This document shows positions 44,425 through 54,900 of a stretch of 64,000 nt of DNA, one piece after another. The notes under the pieces were generated by a model. The model had not been told where the DNA came from, did not search any database, and was given only the letters and a program-made list of their open reading frames with translations. The position numbers and the translations under genes were made by a program. Location of the stretch: the NCBI GenBank assembly GCA_963829055.1, contig CAWHHI010000011.1, positions 448,001 to 512,000 on the forward strand, given 5' to 3'. Positions within the stretch are counted from its first letter, which is position 1. Each line of letters begins with the position of its first letter. Source of the DNA: an uncultured Gemmatimonadaceae bacterium. Its GTDB lineage: Bacteria > Gemmatimonadota > Gemmatimonadetes > Gemmatimonadales > Gemmatimonadaceae.

Positions 44425-46579
44425 TCAGGCGGTTGGCGGATCGTCGCCTGTCGTGTCCCCGGCCACTGCCGGAACGTAGTAGTTGGTCACGTACTCCTGG
44501 AGCATTCGCCGCGCCGTAAAAAAGGAGCCCGACACGCGGAGGGCGTGCTTCATCTTCTGCACGAAACCTACGGGTACACCATCTTCGTTCCGTTCATAGA
44601 AAAGCGGAACCACATGACGCTCGAGAAGAACGTACAGGCGTTCCACATCTTCGCGATCGGCGTCTGTGCCGCGAGCCGCCGTGGGGATCGCCCAGCCGTT
44701 CAGGCCATCGAACGCCTCCGGCCACCATCCATCGAGCGTCGAGAGGTGCGGCACGCCATTCAGCGCCGCCTTCATCCCGCTCGTCCCGCTCGCTTCCATC
44801 GGAACGCGCGGCAGGTTCATCCAGAGATCCACGCCCTGCACGAGCACGTGCGCCAGGTGCAGGTCGTAGTCCTCGATGAACGCGACGCGCCCTTCCAGGC
44901 TCGGATCCCGGCTGAAGTTGTAGACCTCCTGCAGAATCTCCTTGCCCGGATTGTCGGACGGATGCGCTTTGCCGGCGAAGATCGAGCTGCACTGGTCTCC
45001 GCTGGTTCGTCAATAGCTCGCGCAACCGCTCGAGGTCCTCGAAGATCAGGTTCGCGCGCTTGTACGTCGCGAACCGCCGCGCGAACCCGATCGTGAGCGC
45101 GTTCGGATCGAGCAACGTCCCGGCACCAACAACATGCGCGGCCTCCTTCCACTGCCGCGCCCAACGGCGTCGCGCCTGCTCGCGAATGAAGCCGATCAGC
45201 CGGCGCTTCATTCGATGATGCGCGCGCCACAGCTCGCCGTCATCGATCGACAGCACGCAGTCCCAGAAGCCCGGCTCGTCGAGCCGACTTCCCCAATGCT
45301 TTCCGGCCTTTTCGTCCAGCAGCTCCATGACGTCGCGCGCCATCCACGTCGCCAGGTGAACGCCGTTCGTGATGTGCCCGATGGGCACATCGTCCGCCGT
45401 CCGCTCGGGCCAGAGGTTCCGCCAGATCTCGCGCGAGACCTCGCCGTGCCGCTTGGCGACGCCGTTCACGTGCGACGATAGACGAAGCGCCGCCACGGTC
45501 ATGTGGAACTGCCCGTGATTCTCGATCGGATGGCGTCCGAATTCGGCGATACGCTCGCGCGGGACCTTCATCTCGTCCCAGATCGGGCCCGTGCATTCCG
45601 CGACCTGGTCCATCATGAACGAGTCGTGCCCAGCAGGCACCGGCGTGTGGGTCGTGAAGACGCTCGTCGCCCGAACACGACGCACGGCCTCGTCGAAGTC
45701 GACGCCCTGGAGGACGTACTCGCGAACGCGCTCCACGAGCATGAACGCCGCGTGTCCCTCGTTGGCATGCCACGCCGCCGGCTCGATGCCGACCGCGCGC
45801 AGCACGCGCACGCCTCCGACGCCGAGGATCCATTCCTGGCGCAAGCGAAGATCGGGGCCGCCGGCGTACAGCTTACTGGCGAGATCGCGGTCCTGCGGGT
45901 CGTTCTCCTCGAGGTTCGTGTCGAGGAAATAGACCGGCACGCGACCCACCATCATGCGCCACGCCCCGACGTGAATGTCGCGGCCGTGCGTCTGCACGAC
46001 GGCGAGCCACGGCTTCTGTCCCGGCCCGAACACCTGCTCCAGTGGCGCACTCGACGGATCGAACTGCTCGTCCGTGTCCTCCTGCCATCCGTCGAGACGG
46101 AGGTGCTGGTCGAAGTAGCCCTTCGTGTAGAAGAGGCCCACGCCAACGAGTGGGACCCCAAGATCCGAGGCGGCCTTGCAGTGATCGCCGGCCAGCACGC
46201 CGAGGCCACCGGAGTAGATCGGCACGGAGTTGTGGAGGCCGAACTCCGCGCAGAAATACGCGATCGGCCGGGTGACGAGATCGGGCTGGTTTTTGGCGAA
46301 CCACGTGTCCTGGTTCGATCGCTCACGCTCGAGTTTCTGCATGAGGCGATCGTACATCTCGAGGAACTGCGGATCGCGCGCGACGGCACTGAGACGTTCC
46401 GGGTGAACGCGCCGGAGCACCTGAATCGGATTGTGTCGCGTGAAGTGCCACAACGGCTCGTCGATGGTCGCGAACAGCGTGCGAGCGTTGCGGCTCCAGC
46501 TCCACGAAATGTTCATCGCCAGCGACGCGAGTCCTTCGATGCGCGGTGGCAGGTACGGGAATCGTCGGCGGTTGGCCAT
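44425..46579 (-). CDS. glgP: alpha-glucan phosphorylase; frameshift near 44985
   Basis: EFGL..YSGGLGVLAGD, NEGH, FTTHTPV, FARRFATYKR, EASGTSGMKA (PLP lysine). Confidence 0.95.
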
Positions 46580-46657
46580 GACCGGGTAGGCTAATGGCAT
46601 CGAGCGATGCCGGGAAGCCGAGTGAAACGAAGGTGCCGGATACTGCTCTGCATTCAC

Positions 46658-46918
46658 GCATCATCGCGCGGCGGTCGGTGGGAACGACGATGGCGCGGAT
46701 GAAACGGAAGAAGCAGGATAGCGCTCGGTAGGGGCAGCTCCGCGCGCAACGAGCGGAGAATTTGGGAACAGCCCTCGGGACGGGTTGGTCTACCGAGCGG
46801 CTGTTCCCATTGCTTCAGAGAGTCCGGTGATGAGCCAGCGTCAATGCAAAGCCGGATCCGGCCGTTTTCCGTCTCATCCGCCCAATCGCAGTTCCCACCG
46901 GCCCCGGCGCGATGATGC
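46658..46918. repeat. ~260-bp nested palindromic intergenic element, copy 2 (inverted relative to copy 1)
   Basis: Terminal IR GCATCATCGCG../..CGCGATGATGC; central stem TGGGAACAGCC../..GGCTGTTCCCA at 46763-46809; right arm matches the reverse complement of 1001-1053 at about 50/53. Confidence 0.85.
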
Positions 46919-46952
46919 CGACGGCACGAACGGCCGACGCGATGATCGCGGA

Positions 46953-48881
46953 TCAGGCAGGCGGCGGCGCCTTCGTCGTATCCGCGCCGATCGTCCCCTT
47001 ACAGAAAACCTCCACCTGCTTCGCCGAGATGGGCTGGAGCTGCGTGAGGTAGTCCTGGTACTGCTTCACGGCTTCGGCCGCGACCTCCACACCCGCCGCG
47101 AGATTCGGCTGCGCGAACGCCAGCATGTCGAAGCCGAGCCGACTCAGTTCGCAGTCCTTCGTCTTTGGCGCCTCGGTGGCCGCGCTCTGCGCGACCGACA
47201 ACGCCGCCGCGCCCATCAGGAGCTTCGCCTGTGGCGAGTTCTTCACGCTGTCCGCCAGCGCGAGGAACCGCAACGCGAGCATGTAATCCGGGCGCATCTT
47301 CGTGCTGTTCGCCGCGCGGTACAACTGGTTGCCGCGGGCGAGCGCGAACTGCGCGATCAGCGCGCTGTCCTCGCCGACGGAGAGCGCGCGTTTGAGCGTC
47401 GCGAACGCGCTGTCGTTCTGCCCCAATTCCGCCTGGGCGCGCGCGAGCTGGATGTGCCCGTGCTGAATCGTGGAGTCGAGCGCCAGCGCCTCACGCATCA
47501 CGTCCACCGACTCCTCCGCCTTCCCGCGCGTCTTGAGGTCCTGCGACTGCATGATCTTGAACTCCGCGTTCTGCGGGAATGCCGCGAGACCACGCGTTAG
47601 GCCCTCGACCGCTTCGCCACGTACGAGCTGCACGTACATCGAGAAGATGCGCGGATCCTTCGGGAAGGCCTGCAGCCCGCGCGCCGCGACCTCGACCGCG
47701 CGCACCACGTCCCCATTGGACTTGTACGCGGTCGCCAACCGGAGCAGGAACGTCGAGTCCTTCATCGACAGCGAGTCGGTGGCGAGCAGGATGCCGCCGA
47801 TGCGCGTCGCTTCCTTCCACGACTTGTTCGCGAACAGCACCTGCCACCGGAGTCGCAACAGTCCCATGTGCTCCGGCGCGGCATCCGACAGCCGCGCCAC
47901 GAGCGGCTCGGCTTTCAGTGAGTTGCCGTCGAAGATCAGCGCGGAAACGACGCGCTCGCCGAGCGCGATGTCGGTCGTGTCGGCCGCTTGCAGTCGCAGC
48001 CACATCTCCGCTGCGCGATCCTTGTTCTTGAGGACGTCGTACGCCTGCGCCGCGCCCTCGAGCGCGTAAAAGCTCGCCGTGTCTACACGCAGCATCTCAC
48101 TCACGACGCCCAACACGGAATCAGCCGCGGTTCCAACCACGAGATGCGCGGCGAGCATGCATCGCCGAGCGAGCGTCGAGCGCGGGTAGAGCTTCACGCC
48201 TTCACGCGCCGCCTCGACTGCCTGAGCCGCTCGCCCGTCGCGGAGATGGTTCTCGCAGCGACGCTGCGGCGTGAGCTGTCGTCGCGCCTCGGTGACCGCG
48301 GCCGCCATTCGCGCTGCCGCACGCTCCGCATCAGGATCGATGGCGTCGGGGAGCGGCTGCTGCATGCGGACGTCGCGCGCGAGAATCAGGCGCGCGCTGA
48401 CGCGATAGCCCGCCGGCGTCTTGTCCACGGTGCCCATGAGGTACTCGTCCGCTCGCAGGTAGCGCGACAGCGCGCGCACCTGCGTCAGGTCGGGCACCAT
48501 ATCCGCTGGGAATCCGGCGTTGAACAGCGCCGTGGTCAGCGACTTCTCGTCGACGACCTCGAGATCGCGTTTGTTGCCCGCCTTCTCGACGCGTCCGCGG
48601 ATCTCGTCGGCGACCTTGTTGCCGACCTTCTTGTCAGCGCTCTTGAAGGGCGCGATGAGCAAGCCCTGTTGGGTGAACTCCTGCTGGCGTTGGGCGCCGA
48701 GGGGAGAGCCCGCCGGGGCTACGAGTGCCAGGAACAACGTCGCGACGGCCACAGCACGTATCGCGCGCCCAGAAACGCACCACTCCACCGGTGATCCTCG
48801 ACGAAAAGACAAGGCCGACCGTCCCCCGGCCGGCTCGACCGCCACGTCACATATGCGAACGTTAAATCGCCGGACGAACAA
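46953..48881 (-). CDS. exported TPR-like helical repeat protein; true start probably ~48780
   Basis: Signal peptide ending PLGAQ; TolB-N/CsgG-like RADEYLMGTV; repeated A/L/Y helical TPR-like pattern. Confidence 0.7.
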   Translation of the reverse strand: MFVRRFNVRICDVAVEPAGGRSALSFRRGSPVEWCVSGRAIRAVAVATLFLALVAPAGSPLGAQRQQEFTQQGLLIAPFKSADKKVGNKVADEIRGRVEKAGNKRDLEVVDEKSLTTALFNAGFPADMVPDLTQVRALSRYLRADEYLMGTVDKTPAGYRVSARLILARDVRMQQPLPDAIDPDAERAAARMAAAVTEARRQLTPQRRCENHLRDGRAAQAVEAAREGVKLYPRSTLARRCMLAAHLVVGTAADSVLGVVSEMLRVDTASFYALEGAAQAYDVLKNKDRAAEMWLRLQAADTTDIALGERVVSALIFDGNSLKAEPLVARLSDAAPEHMGLLRLRWQVLFANKSWKEATRIGGILLATDSLSMKDSTFLLRLATAYKSNGDVVRAVEVAARGLQAFPKDPRIFSMYVQLVRGEAVEGLTRGLAAFPQNAEFKIMQSQDLKTRGKAEESVDVMREALALDSTIQHGHIQLARAQAELGQNDSAFATLKRALSVGEDSALIAQFALARGNQLYRAANSTKMRPDYMLALRFLALADSVKNSPQAKLLMGAAALSVAQSAATEAPKTKDCELSRLGFDMLAFAQPNLAAGVEVAAEAVKQYQDYLTQLQPISAKQVEVFCKGTIGADTTKAPPPA

Positions 48882-48941
48882 AGGTTGTCAAGCTGCGCAC
48901 CCGCCGTCTCGTCATAATACGTCTCGCCCCCGCAAATCCGG

Positions 48942-51900
48942 TCATCCGATCTCGACCACGACCTCGTGGCGTTGCCCATCGTCCACCAGCGGGATCGTCA
49001 GCTCCGCCCGATCCGCTCCATCGACCGTCACCCGCGTGACGTCCTGGTCGCGGCCAACTCTCGTGACGGTCACGGCATACGTGGACGACAGGTAGCGATA
49101 CTCCAGCGCGAACGACTTCCAGGCGCGCGGCACGCACGGCTCGATCGTCAGCGTCTCGCCGTGCTTCGTGAACCCGAGAATGGTCTCGAGGCCAACCCGG
49201 TACATCCACGACGCCGACCCGGTGTACCACGTCCAGCCGCCGCGCCCCAGATGCCCGGTGGCCGTGTACACGTCGGCAGCCACCACGTAGGGCTCTACCT
49301 TATACCTGCTCACGTCCTCCGGCGTCACCGAATGCGTGAGCGGATTGATCATCTGATACAGCTCGAAGGCGCGGTCGCCGTCGCCGGCCAGAGCGGTCGC
49401 GAGGACAGCCCAGAGCGCCGCATGGGTGTACTGCGCGCCGTTCTCCCGCACGCCAGGGAGATAGCCTTTGATGTAGCCCGGGTCGTGGACGGTCTTATCG
49501 AACGGCGGCGTGAGCAGCATGATCAGCCGCGCGTCGGGTCGCACGAGCCGCTCCTGCAGCGACGCCATGGCGCGCGCGCGCTTGTCCAGCTCTCCGGCGC
49601 CGGAGATCACGCTCCAGCTCTGCGCGATCGAGTCGATCTGGCACTCGTCATTCTCGGCCGAGCCTAACGGGGCGCCGTCGTCGAAGTAGGCGCGGCGGTA
49701 CCACGCGCCGTCCCACGCCGCCTCGTTGGCGGCTTTCGCGTACAGCTCCGCCGATACGCGCAGCTCGCCGGCGGACGCGCCGTCGCCCTGGCTGTCGCAG
49801 TGATCGGCGAACGCGCGCAGGGTGTCGTTGAGGAACCAGGCGAGCCACACGCTCTCCCCACGCCCCTCGATGCCGACGCGGTTCATGCCATCGTTCCAGT
49901 CGCCGACGCCGATGAGCGGCAGCCCGTGCGCACCGACGGTGCAGGCATGGCGCAGCGCCCGCAGGCAGTGCTCGTAGAGCGATGCCGTCTGCGTCGGATA
50001 CGTTAGGCAGGTCGTACACCTCGTGCTCGTGCGGCTCGAGCGGCCGCATCTCGATGAACGGCACGAGCTCGTTCAGGATCGTCGGCGTCGCCTGTCGTCC
50101 GGATGTAGTGATCCACGACGAACGGGAGCCACACGAGATCGTCCGAGAAGCGCGTGCGCGTACCGCGGCCGGTGTGCGCGTGCCACCAGTGCTGCACGTC
50201 GCCCTCGACGAACTGCCGCGCCGCCGATCGCAGGATGTGCTCGCGCGCGATGGCCGGATCGTGATACACGAACGCCATGGCGTCCTGCAGCTGGTCGCGG
50301 AAGCCGAACGCGCCGCTCGACTGATAGAACGCCGATCGCGCCCACATGCGACACGAGAGCGCCTGATAGAGCGACCAGCGATTGATCATCGCGTCGAACG
50401 TGGCGTCCGGCGTTTTCACCGTGATCGTCCCGAGGCGGTGCGCCCAGTCGGCGATGGTGGCGTCGATCGCCGCGTTCGCGGCGCCCGTGCCGCCATACCT
50501 TCCGATCAGCGTGCGCGCCTCGTCCACGCCACGGGCGGCGCCCAGCAGCACGATGACGTCGCGTGTTTCGTTAGGCGCGAGCGAGATCGTGCGCCTGCAG
50601 TGCGGCACACGGGTCGACGGCGGCGCCCACGGTCTCGCCGAGCGCCGCGCCGTCTGCCAGTCCAATCGGCCGCTGCAGGTCACCGTTCCGGCCGATGAAC
50701 TCACGCCGATCGGCCGTGTAGCCGGCGAGCGGCTCGCTGATCCAGCTGAACGCGACGCGGTCGGCGAAGCTGGCGTCGAAGTAGTTCGACGCGAAGATCG
50801 CCTGCGTCTCGCGGTCGAACGTCGTCACGATCTGGTGCTGCGTGTGCTCGCGCATGACGCCCAGCGCCCACTCGACGAAGCTCGTCATGGTCAGCGCAGC
50901 GGGTCGACCGCTCCGATTTGTCAGGCGAAGACGCGTGAGCTTGACCGGATCGGTGGGTGCCATGCTGACGGTGAGCTCACTGGCGATTCCGCCGCGCTCG
51001 TGCAGGAACGTGGTGAATCCCGCACCGTGCCGCACGGTGTACTGAGAGCTGTCGCGCGCGATGGCCGGCGTGGGCGACCACAGCGCGCCCGATCGCATCA
51101 CGCAGGTAGACGATCTCGGTGCACGGGTCGCTCACCGGGTCGTTGTACCACGGCGTTAGGCGGAAGAAGTAGCTGTTCTCGACCCAGGCAAACCCACCAC
51201 CGCGCTCGGTGACGACGAACCCCGCCTGCGGATTCGCGATGACGTTCGACCACGGCGCCGGCGGCAGGGCGTCGCCGGTGAGGGTGATTTCGTAGTCCAG
51301 GTCGGGCGTGAGGCCGTGTTTCAGCACCGGCGACTTGGGCGCCGGGAACGGGGAACCGGGAACCGAGGCTGCTCGCTGTTTGCTGCGTGCAGCACCGGTT
51401 CCTGGTTCCCCGTTCCCGGTTCCCGCTTTGTCTCCTCGTCCGAAATCAGGAAGCTCGAAGCTCTCGGCGAGATCGAGCGCGGCGTCGCGCGCATACGCTT
51501 TCGCGCGCGCCAGCACCGTGCTCACCACGCCTTCGCCGCTCACGTCGCTGACGGTTCGTGGGTCCCACGCACCGTTCCCCGAATCTCGATTCGAGAAGAT
51601 CGACAGGCGACGCGGTCGCTCCGGCTCGTCAGGCGGCTGCTCCTCGACCTCCGGCGCGTCGAGCACGCGCCCGAGCCCGAGCCCGTCACAGACGACGTGA
51701 ACGCGCGCCGTCGTGCGCACCAACCGCAACACATCGGGCATCAGCAGGTCGGCGCGTCTGATGAAGATGCCGCCCGGCTTGTCCGCGAGATGCGTTTCGC
51801 TCGATCCCATCACCATCGCGAGCAGTTGGTCGGCAAGCTCCTGTTGATAGGACGGTGCTCGCGTGATGAGAATGACGAGATCCACCGTCATTCCCTTGAG

Positions 51901-54900
51901 CCGCCAGTAACGATGCGCCTGCAGCAGTTGCCGCACCGTCGGCAGCCCTTCGACGGAGTCGATCGTCGCGAGCAGAATGGGCCAGTCGCCCGACAGACCG
52001 ACGGTCCACAGCTCTCGCTGCCCGAGACGGTTTTCGCGCATCTCGTGCTGCGTCGAGCGGGTCGGCGGGTTCGAGTAGAACAGGTGCCCCGCCATCTGCT
52101 GGAAGAGCGCCGCGTCCGACGGCGTTAGGCCGAGGTCGCGGAGCTCGACCTGCGTGCGCGTCCACGAGAGGTCGAGGGCCCGCTGCGCGCTGTACGGCTG
52201 GCGATACAGGTCCGCCAACTCGATCGCCCGCTCTCGCGTCTCCGCGACGAGCGTGGTGAACGCCACGCGCGCGGACTGCCCCGGCGCGAGCCGCACCCGC
52301 GCCCGAAGCGCGAAGATCGGATCGAGCACCGCGCCAGCGGTGCCGCTCAGTTTCGCCGAAGGCTCGAGCGCCGCGGGGCTGCGCGTGTCACGGCCACGCC
52401 CCACGAACTGCGCGCGGTCCGTCTCGAACGTGATGTCGCCGACGAGCTCGGGGCCGACGGCTGCCACGTGGGCGAGCCATCGTCGCGGCTCGTCGCTCGC
52501 GCGCGGACGGCGCGTCGCCAGGATCGCGCGCTCCGCCTGCACGCCACTCGGTCTCGACGAACAGGTTCGCGAACGCCGGGTGTGCTCGATCCGCATCCGG
52601 CGACGCGAGCACGATCTCGCCGTAGCTCGTGAGCTCGATCTCGCGCTCGATCCCCGAATGGTTGACGACCGTCACGCGCCGGACCTCGGCGTTGTCGTCC
52701 GAGACGACCGTCACGTCGAGCCGCGTCTCGACGTCGCCGTCTCGGCGGTCGAAGGAGATGCGGTCCATCGCGAACGACGCCTGATACGAGTCTGCCCGCT
52801 TCCCGGTCGGCTGAAACGTCGCGGACCACAGCCGACCTTCGGTGATATCGCGAACGTAGCACCACTGCCCGTGGTCGTCGCGCGTGCCATCGGCGCGCCA
52901 GCGGGTGATGGCGAGCTGCTCGTAGCGGCTGTAGCCGGCCCCGGCGTTGCTGAGCATCACGGTGAAGGGCAGACTCGCCAGCAGCCCCACGCGCGGCTGC
53001 GGCGTGTCCGGCGTCTCGACCTGCCTAACGGCTGGCTTCTCCCTCTCGACCGGCACGCGTCCGCCCTCCGCATCGCTCTCCTGCGCTTCCTGCAGGACGA
53101 GTCGGCGCGGGATACGCTCGTGCAGCACGAGCTCCACCGCGCGCGCGAGCGGCTCCGAGTGGAAGCGGCGTTGCCACGAATGGTCCGCCAATGCATTCGC
53201 GAGCGCGACGAAGCTCATGCCAATGTGGTGCGCCATGTACGCGCCCACCACACTCCTCGTCTGGCCCGGATCGGGGCGCGTGAAGTCCAGCGCCTCGCGG
53301 AACCCGTACGGACCCAGCATCCCCTCGCGCTCGAGCGCCGCGAGGTTGCGCATGGCTTCGTGTGGCTCCACCAGCAGCGCCAGCGCCGTCGCGTACGGCG
53401 CAATGACGACTTCCTTTCCGAGTCCGCGCTTGAGCGCGAGGTCGGGCACGCCGAACGCGCGGTACTGATACGTCATGTGCCGATCGCGCACGTTGTACGC
53501 CGACTCCGAAATCCCCCACGGCACCGAACGCTCGGCCGCATAGTCGATCTGACGCCGCACCGCGCCACGATACGTCTGATCGAGCAGCGTGTACGGGAAC
53601 GAGCGCATGACGAGCAGCGGCATCAGATACTCGAACATGCTGCCGCTCCACGACACGAGCGCCGTCGAGCGCGAAGACGCCGTGAGCGAGCGGCCGAGTC
53701 GGAACCAGTGCTCCACCGGCACGTCGTCCTTCGCGATCGCGACGTAGCTCGCGAGGCGCGCCTCCGACGCGAGCAGGTCGTAGTACGAGTTATCGAGGGT
53801 CGCCGAGTCCACGCTGTAGCCGATGGCGAACAGCTTGCGCCGAGCGTCGTAGAGGAACTTGAAGTCCATCTCCATCGCGTAGCGCTGCGCCGTGTGAGCG
53901 ATCGCCTCGAGCCGATCGACGCGCTCGCGGAGAATCGCGTTCGTCTCTGCTCCCACGCGCGGGGCGAGGTTCTCTGCGTCGCCAAGCTGCGTCCGCTCAG
54001 CCACGTGACGCTCGGCCAGGTTGGCCGCCCACGTCAGCCACTCACGCGCGCGCGGTGCTTCCTTCGGCGCCAGACCGGCCGCGTTCAACGTGGCATCCGC
54101 GCTGGCAAGCGCGCGCGATACGCGGACGAGTCCCGCGTCGTCCGTGACATCGGCGATCTCCGTGCGCGCCGTCTTGAGCAGCGCCGCGGCCTTCGACACC
54201 GCTTGCCAGCGTGCCGGATCCCCGACGCGCCCCGAGCTCGCGGCATCCGCGAACGACTCGTGTGTGATCGTCAGCGCCGACGCCAGTGCACGAACCGGCG
54301 CGCGCGCGTCCGGCGCCGACTCGATGATCTCGCGACACGCCTGCTTCAGCGCCAGCAGATGCCCCGCCAGATTGCCGCTGTCCACCGTCGAGATGTACGC
54401 GGGCTGCAGGACCTCGAGCCCCTGGAGATCGTACCAGTTGAAGAAGTGTCCGCGGTGCCGCCGCATGCGCTCGAGCGACTGGAACACGTGCTCGAGTCGG
54501 TCGAGCATCTCGCCGCACGTGAGCAGTCCGAGGTCGTACGCGCTCGTGATGCCCAGCAGTTGCAGCCCGACGTTCGTCGGAGATGTCCGCAACGCGACGA
54601 CCGGCTCCGGCGATTCCTGGAAGTTGTCGGGCGCGAGCCATTGCGTCTGCTCGCTGACGAACCGCTCGAAGAACCGCCAGTGGAAGATCGCATACCGCAT
54701 CGCGCGGTCGCGCTCGTCGGCGGCGAGTCTGAGCTCGCGGCGGAGCGCCGGCGCGCTCAGCGCGTGCGCGACGAGTGGGCCGACGGCCCACAGGAGCACG
54801 ATCGGAAGCGCGTACGCCAGCGTCGGCAGATGAACCGGGAGTCCGCTGGAGAATCCGACGTCGGCGCGGTGCCACGCGCTGATCCCGACGAGCACCGCGA

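Noticed and set aside
29510..47590. Motif-free gaps (29.5-34.1 kb, 42.5-47.6 kb) as signs of foreign DNA
   Set aside because: With mean spacing near 1.2 kb and ~50 intervals, one or two gaps of this size are plausible by chance.
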